Origin: Bacteroides phage crAss002
DNA length: 32,000 nucleotides
Direction: 5' to 3' (one strand)
Sequence record: NC_055828.1
In this document: positions 27,201 to 32,000 of the stretch, piece after piece
Layout of the letters: each line of letters starts with the position of its first letter
Position numbering within the stretch: the first letter of the stretch is position 1
The notes under the pieces: generated by a model
The model's input: the letters and a program-made list of their open reading frames with translations, nothing else
Database searches by the model: none
Told to the model about the DNA's origin: nothing
Made by a program: the position numbers and the translations under genes

Positions 27201-30200
27201 AGAGCAGAGGAATAGAGATTAATGAAGATGAGCTTCTTGAAGAAGGAATAAAAGTAACTGAATTAAGAGAACATCTTAAAGATGATATAGAAAGTACTAG
27301 CTATAATAATACAGATAATCTTATATATCAGATTAAAGCATTAAGGGCATTTGAATATTTCAAAGAGATAGGTGACCAAATCAATACTAACATGATGGTT
27401 ATTACTAGTGATAAGTTTGGTGCTGGTAAATCTGCTAACGAAATTGATAATGTAATTAATCGTATTACTGATATTAAGAATAACAATATTGCTCGTATTA
27501 AGAAAGGTAATCCTGTTCTTAAAGCTGTTACAGAAGAAGGTAATAAATATCTTATAGATGCTATTTATCCTAAGACTAATTTCAATACTATTAATGATAT
27601 TAATCAGGATGAACTAGAATCTGCATATCCTTCTTTATATTATCAGTTAAAGTATAGTTGTATAGCTACTGAAAAGATTATTCGTGATAGTGAGATATTC
27701 AAAACTCAAACACCGCAATTCCGTGAATTAGTTAGTAAGTTTGGTATTCGTAATCTTCAAACTATTCAGCAGTTAGAGAGTTTCATTATTAATATGAGCC
27801 AAGCACAGTCTAACTTTGTTAATACTAACAGATTCATAACTAGAAGTGATAATGAGTTTATACCTAGTTATAATATAAATCTTATTAGTAGCCAACAAGA
27901 TACTCGTGCTAGATTATATGGATATACTGATATAGTAGGTAGCTTCGATATGTCTGATATGTCTGAAAAGAACGTAGAAGCATTTATGAAATTATCTCCT
28001 GCTAATAAAGTAGCATTAATTCAAAGATATACTTCTGATAATAATCTATTTAAGAACCTAAATGTTGAGTATAAAGGTCGTCGTAATAGTTATGATAGAA
28101 TAACTATTGTTGATAGTACTATATCTACTGAATCTCAATATCAAATGTTCCGTAATGCTTGGCATAACAATAATCCGTTTATTAAACTTGCTACTATGGA
28201 TTTGATAAGATATTCTATGGTAGTAGAAGGTTATAAGTTTAAAGGTGGTACAGTTAGTAAAATTATTCCTGTTGAATTATTATATGGACAAGATACTGGT
28301 ATTGATTCTGATAATGGAGTTTCTTCAGCTACTAATATTATTAACGATTCAGATAGGGCTATTAATAGCATGATTCAATATGGTAGTGAGATAGGAACTT
28401 ATGAAAGAGCTAGCAATGATGCAGCTACTATTGAGAAGTTACGTGACTTATTCTTTAGAACTAATCCTAATAATCCTGATGTATTAGTATTTGAGAATAA
28501 GAAATATAAAGAATCTAATAAGATAACATTTAATAGATTAGGTGTTGGAAAACTTAGCTTTAAGGAAGCACAAGAACGTGGAATGATTACTGGTAGTGAG
28601 AATAACCGTAGGTATCGTCATTATGCTAAGACTAATGATAATAACAAAAATCTACGATTATATAAACTAGTATATTATAATGATACTGTTTATATGTTAC
28701 CTACTAATCCATTAGAACAGAATGAAATTGGAGAAGTAAGCGTTAATCCTGATAATAATAGAATGTTTCTTCCATTAGATATATTAGAAGATGTTTCTAT
28801 TAATCAGTATGATGCTGCTTTTATTAGTTCTGTAAATATTGGTATTACTTCTGATACTCGTAAGTTTATGGTTCTTCCTACTGTATTTGAAAGAGGAGCT
28901 GATACATTAATTGAAGAAGTATTTCCTAATAGTATTGTCTTGACTTCCCCCATAAAGGAGCAGCAAATTGATACTTCTCGTAAGTACATTGTGGCTATTA
29001 CTAATAATAATATTCTATTAGAAACTATTGAATCTCTTGATGCTGCTGGTGTTCATGATTATGTTGTTGCTGCTCCTAATATGAATTATAATAATATTCG
29101 TAGGATTATTAATGAACGTAATAATGCAGATATTGCAGCTAAGAGATTACAAGCAGCTATGACTAAGTTAGATGCTAATGAAGTTCAACTTAGAAAGAAG
29201 AAATCAGATAATTCTGAATCTCCTTATTATGCTCAACTTAAAGCTAGCATTAATCAAACTATTAATGATGTTAATGTTAATGGTATTGGATTTGTTCCTG
29301 TTTTACAAACAGTAATAGATAATACTGGTTTTAGACCTAATGGATATTTCAGATATGAAAAAGAAGGCAATGTTTATATCGTTACTAACTTAGGACGTAT
29401 AACTACTAAGTCAGTTAATCTTGCTCCTGATTATTCATATAGTAAAAAGACTGTTATTAATAGTGTATCTCAATTAGAATTTCCTAGACGTAATGCTTTA
29501 ACTCAAGTAGTTAAAGAAAATGCTAGATTAGATAAATTCGCTAATAATAATATTATTCGAGTTCAGACAGAAGAGAACTTTATTAACGAAGATGTACTTG
29601 AATCAGCATTAGTAGATAATGATAGAGAAATTAACGAATATATTTCTCGTGTAATTGAAAGTGTTGAAAGAAGTAATGCTAATGTTGAAGAAGCAGCTCT
29701 TAATGATGCTTTCCGTTCATTTGCTGCTATTGATTTACGTTCTAATACAGCTACTAAGTTAAATGATAACTTACGTGAACAAGCACTGAAAATTATTAAT
29801 GGTTATACTAATAGACGTATTGATGATTTCTTATTTGATATTCATAACTTCTATACTACTTATGTTACTAATTCTAATGGTACTTATCAGTTAGACGAAA
29901 ACGGTAATAAGATAGTAAAGGAGAAATGGAGTATAACTAATAAGAAGTTATTCGACCGTATGTTAGAAGATGAAACATTACGTACTCGCTATGAAATGTT
30001 TCTAGATGACATTAATAGATTCGTGGAAGATTATTCTATTATTGAAGCTATTCAACCTTACGATATTGATGAAGCTCATAATGTAAGCGAAACAGAAGAA
30101 GAAATAGAAGGTTTACGTAGAACTAATGATATGCTTAAACAAATCAAAGATAAGTTCAAACGTATTAAAGACTTAGATAATGTAGTTAAACGTAGTACTA

Positions 30201-32000
30201 AGATGTACTTTGATAGTTATATTACTAGTCTTTCTAGTGACCCTCGTGTTCAATCTAATATGCTTAGTATTACAGAAGCATTTGAAGATGAGAACTTCTT
30301 CCAGTTTTGGTTAGCTGATAGTCAAGAGACACATATTCCAATAGTTCAGATAGTTCTAAAACAAATGATGAACCAATTAAGAGCTAGTGAGATTAGTGCT
30401 CGTGATAAAAAGATAGCCTTTACTTCCGCTATTTCAACGATTATCGAAGACGCAAAAAACAACGGTATAAACGTGTCTCTGAACGATATTTTGGACGAAA
30501 ATGGCAACCTTTTGCTGCCGTATAATGAATCGTTCACCGACAAATTAAGGTCGCTAAAAGAGGCTGTAAAGCTGGCTCAAATCGACGACCCGAATTGTCG
30601 GGACGGTCTTATATATAAGAAAGCTAAAGACGAATTAGAGAAGTTCTTAATAGATAATGTAGAACGTGAGTACAATAAAAAGTTCTATCAAGATTACTAT
30701 AATATGAACCAAATACTTAATAAATATCCTCAAACTTATGTTAAGTTAATGAAGATATTACATGAGGAAGGAGATATATTAAGTACAATGATTGATAATG
30801 ATTATAGTACTCTTACTGTTCAGAACGCAAGAAGACTTGAAACGCTTAGAGATGAGTTAGCAGAAATGCGAGCTACTATTGATATGGACGGTAATTATAA
30901 AGAGAATTATCAAGAAGCTAATGCTGTTAATAATTACTTATCACGTAGACGTCAGTTAAATAATAAGTATAAAGAAAGTAAACCTAAAGATGCTTTTACT
31001 ATTCGTTATAAACAAGCTATTGAAGGTTTACAATATCCTGAAACTTCTGAAACTTATAGAGAATCAGTAGAATGGTTAAAGGCTAATACTGATTATAAGT
31101 TAAAAGGAGAGTTCTTAGATGAACTAAAGAAAGCCTATATGGATACTCGTCTAGGTAATCCTTTTGATAGTTTCGTTCGTACTATGGCTTATGGTAAGTA
31201 TGATTCAGAAGGTGTTATTGATGGTACTAAATTTACAGATGTTCAAATAGCTAATCTAAAGAAACATCAGGAACAAATGTTTGCTGCTGCCGTTGGTCGT
31301 GTTAAGCCAAATGAACAGAAAGCTCAAGAATGGTTAGATAACCATGTTAGTTATATCAATACTGTTTATTATGAAGCTATGTATGTAGCTATGAATAAGA
31401 TGGGTAAAGAAGTATTTGATAAATGGTATATTGATAACCATGTTGTTAATCCTATTACTAAAGAATATGAACCGTTGCCTATTTGGAGACAAATGGTAGT
31501 TAAGGATGAAGCTAACAACATGGAATATAGTGCTAAATACAAATGGTTAGAAACTAAAGTTAAAGAGCAGTATAAGAATCCTAACTACGATGAAGTTAAA
31601 CTACAACCTTCTACTAATAAATATCGTAATGATAAGTATTATGGAATGAATAATTATCAGCAACAGTTATATAACGAAGTAGATTCTCTTCTTAATGAAC
31701 TTGTTAAAGATAAACGTAGTCGTACTTATATTAATCGTGGTTATCTGCCTAATCAAGCTATTGAACAACCTAGTCAAGGTTTTGCTGACTATTGGCAAGA
31801 CTTTAAACGTAGTCATGGTTGGTATGATACTCCTAATAAGTCTGATATAGAACTTAATCTATATAAGAGATTTAGTAATGCTCCTATGCTTCATAGTTTA
31901 TCGGAAGTTAAGTTACTTCCTATTCGCGAACAACAAGAAGGAGAAACTAAAGAAGAATATCTAACTTATGTTCGTGAAACTCAAGCTAAGAATAATGAGT
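21242..32000 (+). CDS. Giant crAss-like virion RNA polymerase (partial; at least 3586 codons, 3' end beyond the window)
   Basis: Frame starting at ATG 21242 (upstream in-frame TAG at 21227) is still open at 32000. No terminated long ORF is listed here, which fits one uninterrupted frame. Catalytic signature YRIPTEGKQSIAV...PDEWVLQTGADFDIDSIYGIY (DFDID at nt 25748-25762) and SKIENIVNSIFTNRVTRQVLPG fit the crAss-like double-psi beta-barrel RNAP (phi14:2 gp66 type). Confidence 0.85.
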   Translation, partial: MVLDYSINIFDSVDNNAIFDTVSNYLINNIKYMSCTPSNPKLDKLLELTNNDVRKSTEYLATIEDTSFREWYQEKTGRDFNEESIDANTVNAIIAYNNRETINTQDYVQNVRTSRTGVFGNDIAKEDHAINILSTIYLKSQGSIRKALANRKRKGEKEVLKDKAGNELSPQAAVKLTMITYLNRHLKENDKKLTQEQKAYIGTIIRNLYDGGNYNRNELFDIVINSPEVISLSKEFGIDTNEDYETNDDAKEDSEQGSRQEDPETIASLRADWSELADQRKDIDKNVSKEVKEWFARLPKTNSNSFINEKPDTASDTYSGIAESAGFSSSFKALNNYGNFSSVEAMVESFHTIAERFEEVSHLEYAARLLEDEANIQIRNKIFTQLKQSIWERNEVIQSADGSNVVTKNRNTFPKLNLQNKILNSFDSLVHNPSIMNGDVAVLEELKNKLSTLNNSNTNEIQEISEELAAIFNKYNFGINRQGVVNYVRNFGDSQLSNITSLINDLLEFNKVVANASNILKIDNEAQRIYYAGEYSKAKNDEEYTVVPFDKSQLQYKGGYANNIANRISDKFKDYQIVNSEFNSINAENNLVSDILKNNYISKFFERINDNRYNDNPTANAELRDYLVKFTNIPQYQYSNILIEKTLSNGKVIPGLLRLTDTGYELTEYYREFGAQLYNGVSNEVTGKAKSYKDINALEWDIITLNEYANNGDNYEMAKGVKKSKFFTQTPSDAPKTFVFNSYKLDYTGLFNANGSINHGHPIYVAYANIYAKELAEMAQAINFLFETTVKNGVVTIVSDENGKPKIKEEFKDLRKSEARLNYHYRKSILDRNGNPTGNVFKFRSLLIDKVKNLSRYNSETAKRVDMNWLFEEGNVFSLLYGGKNSEISLIQDENGEYNIRLTGGLRNSVYNYIDNYINYRIQEAIAKYSSDKEFVDKYKNASQESFNSFIAEMVLNYEIQYNNLNDMFFGDEAYYKDSRDTIKRNKEYQAGGLAYAGYDLYNVQKHLGDITVTPNKTISIDSSFKYITLEDVQSSGKVLDDLKKQLDIANVSKETRAFILKQFSKDKSEVTDAQSFITLDEFVRRMYLRGEYDSYKDLIEALYDETKPIDNVKLGELSKKIQVQKNFYYDLEIDNDAKLANPIQIKNAEFVLIPRFLGNSELGALAKYMTDNNIGQVNFTTTEKATTNRVLEFWDSHGKFPSKERLKQFNLDIQTKYKTGWYSNLYTQQDIPQHMDGENKAGLQIVKKLIDNIGNTPEGQSLIKDFFDNFTANIQDSFKDAASRIGVEIDAKGNVVYEGNQAKIDNNQFISLIKDELTRRGLDSNYRKYAEINPETGLPYMPAWTNLVRSKIENIVNSIFTNRVTRQVLPGFHASQVSDIGMTELSGRSDLRDLMQSRVEEKHGYSLGRKLTYHKDGSQIVEILLPKWMVKAYNTYDNEGNLVHEVTLEDLQNAGLDTMIGYRIPTEGKQSIAVMKVVGLLDESQGSTIVVPDEWVLQTGADFDIDSIYGIYHTAYFDRNGKPHKVEYIDGEDEVSTYRRYIGYINSLIDKETRKATSSEFTKEEFKEARKAARETVLKANEEYDKFLTDQVRDLIAETDETWILLPREIKDNLTITFKSKELKFGERVDAIVSKMDFYESEYANDEYVAKFAQQYRNIQSVINEQREFYQNVKDNAEQLAIDYADETRRARLEETINARAEIVGAMSLEEFSQLTVAQQNTRDARNNKIVDTFIKIMNLPVSIGENLSSSNFEDIKAAKANIFEGLSETYRNINSVIAQNWYRDANMSGARLKAISVNRDNFASISNKAKTIVDGAHGGFRFTYTYSTEKEAKDAQSKLRKRFRDVTRKGKEVTVDHNQLGWSYDNLNIDNRLITPYSSETTALILDGVKEGGVPNVDLYTFDVYKSIVDCGANYETSILFINQPVITELITRQNANDNVFGETGFNPLIGLRRDMYIRLARTVGIPANSITKKTRLKDVKKMLESRGIEINEDELLEEGIKVTELREHLKDDIESTSYNNTDNLIYQIKALRAFEYFKEIGDQINTNMMVITSDKFGAGKSANEIDNVINRITDIKNNNIARIKKGNPVLKAVTEEGNKYLIDAIYPKTNFNTINDINQDELESAYPSLYYQLKYSCIATEKIIRDSEIFKTQTPQFRELVSKFGIRNLQTIQQLESFIINMSQAQSNFVNTNRFITRSDNEFIPSYNINLISSQQDTRARLYGYTDIVGSFDMSDMSEKNVEAFMKLSPANKVALIQRYTSDNNLFKNLNVEYKGRRNSYDRITIVDSTISTESQYQMFRNAWHNNNPFIKLATMDLIRYSMVVEGYKFKGGTVSKIIPVELLYGQDTGIDSDNGVSSATNIINDSDRAINSMIQYGSEIGTYERASNDAATIEKLRDLFFRTNPNNPDVLVFENKKYKESNKITFNRLGVGKLSFKEAQERGMITGSENNRRYRHYAKTNDNNKNLRLYKLVYYNDTVYMLPTNPLEQNEIGEVSVNPDNNRMFLPLDILEDVSINQYDAAFISSVNIGITSDTRKFMVLPTVFERGADTLIEEVFPNSIVLTSPIKEQQIDTSRKYIVAITNNNILLETIESLDAAGVHDYVVAAPNMNYNNIRRIINERNNADIAAKRLQAAMTKLDANEVQLRKKKSDNSESPYYAQLKASINQTINDVNVNGIGFVPVLQTVIDNTGFRPNGYFRYEKEGNVYIVTNLGRITTKSVNLAPDYSYSKKTVINSVSQLEFPRRNALTQVVKENARLDKFANNNIIRVQTEENFINEDVLESALVDNDREINEYISRVIESVERSNANVEEAALNDAFRSFAAIDLRSNTATKLNDNLREQALKIINGYTNRRIDDFLFDIHNFYTTYVTNSNGTYQLDENGNKIVKEKWSITNKKLFDRMLEDETLRTRYEMFLDDINRFVEDYSIIEAIQPYDIDEAHNVSETEEEIEGLRRTNDMLKQIKDKFKRIKDLDNVVKRSTKMYFDSYITSLSSDPRVQSNMLSITEAFEDENFFQFWLADSQETHIPIVQIVLKQMMNQLRASEISARDKKIAFTSAISTIIEDAKNNGINVSLNDILDENGNLLLPYNESFTDKLRSLKEAVKLAQIDDPNCRDGLIYKKAKDELEKFLIDNVEREYNKKFYQDYYNMNQILNKYPQTYVKLMKILHEEGDILSTMIDNDYSTLTVQNARRLETLRDELAEMRATIDMDGNYKENYQEANAVNNYLSRRRQLNNKYKESKPKDAFTIRYKQAIEGLQYPETSETYRESVEWLKANTDYKLKGEFLDELKKAYMDTRLGNPFDSFVRTMAYGKYDSEGVIDGTKFTDVQIANLKKHQEQMFAAAVGRVKPNEQKAQEWLDNHVSYINTVYYEAMYVAMNKMGKEVFDKWYIDNHVVNPITKEYEPLPIWRQMVVKDEANNMEYSAKYKWLETKVKEQYKNPNYDEVKLQPSTNKYRNDKYYGMNNYQQQLYNEVDSLLNELVKDKRSRTYINRGYLPNQAIEQPSQGFADYWQDFKRSHGWYDTPNKSDIELNLYKRFSNAPMLHSLSEVKLLPIREQQEGETKEEYLTYVRETQAKNNE
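23876..23892 (-). repeat. Dispersed motif copy 10 (inverted)
   Basis: + strand CTCCTTTACGGGGGAAA; reverse complement TTTCCCCCGTAAAGGAG. Confidence 0.85.
24842..24859 (+). repeat. Dispersed motif copy 11 (degenerate, self-complementary)
   Basis: TTCCCCTCTAAAGAGAGG; CCTCT-AAAG-AGAGG hairpin. Confidence 0.4.
28945..28969 (+). repeat. Dispersed motif copy 12, long form
   Basis: TTCCCCCATAAAGGAGCAGCAAATT, 23/25 identical to copies 7 and 9. Confidence 0.9.

Noticed and set aside
27409-27438. TSDKFGAGKS in the RNAP ORF as a Walker A motif
   Set aside because: It has GKS but lacks the GxxxxGK[ST] spacing. A polymerase-associated loop is possible, but an ATPase call is not supported.
1-32000. Diversity-generating retroelement, CRISPR array, tRNAs, anti-defence genes, integrase
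   Set aside because: No reverse transcriptase-like ORF, regular repeat-spacer array, tRNA cloverleaf or integrase signature was recognised by reading. The dispersed motif is too irregularly spaced to be CRISPR.

Overview
The window is AT-rich and every credible gene lies on the + strand. It looks like the late structural and ejected-protein module of a crAss-like phage (order Crassvirales) with a Bacteroidales-type host. From left to right it contains: (1) the 3' part of a large tail/host-interaction protein with LamG-like and tandem Ig-like modules; (2) a cluster of small proteins, two of them unlisted transmembrane microproteins at 2699-2797 and 3455-3628, plus a holin-like membrane protein, separated by two clear intrinsic terminators; (3) a 350-bp non-coding region with a strong hairpin, a tandem 12-mer and a Bacteroidales-type promoter; (4) a compact run of crAss-like ring/collar proteins, a 1287-aa muzzle/tail-stabilisation-like protein and two cargo-like proteins; (5) a 2020-aa protein with a zincin-like HEGVH motif; (6) a giant ORF, at least 3586 codons and running off the window, with the DFDID signature of crAss-like virion RNA polymerase. 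The most unusual signal is a short GC-rich motif, TTCCCCC(A/G)TA(G/A)AGGAG(CAGCAA). It is scattered as about 12 exact or near copies through coding and non-coding DNA, in both orientations and several reading frames. Orientation alternates +/- for the first eleven copies. Two copies 5.3 kb apart are identical over 25 nt. A patch with foreign codon usage in the RNA polymerase gene (about 30414-30610) is also notable. All assignments come from reading the sequence and from recalled family features. No database search was run.
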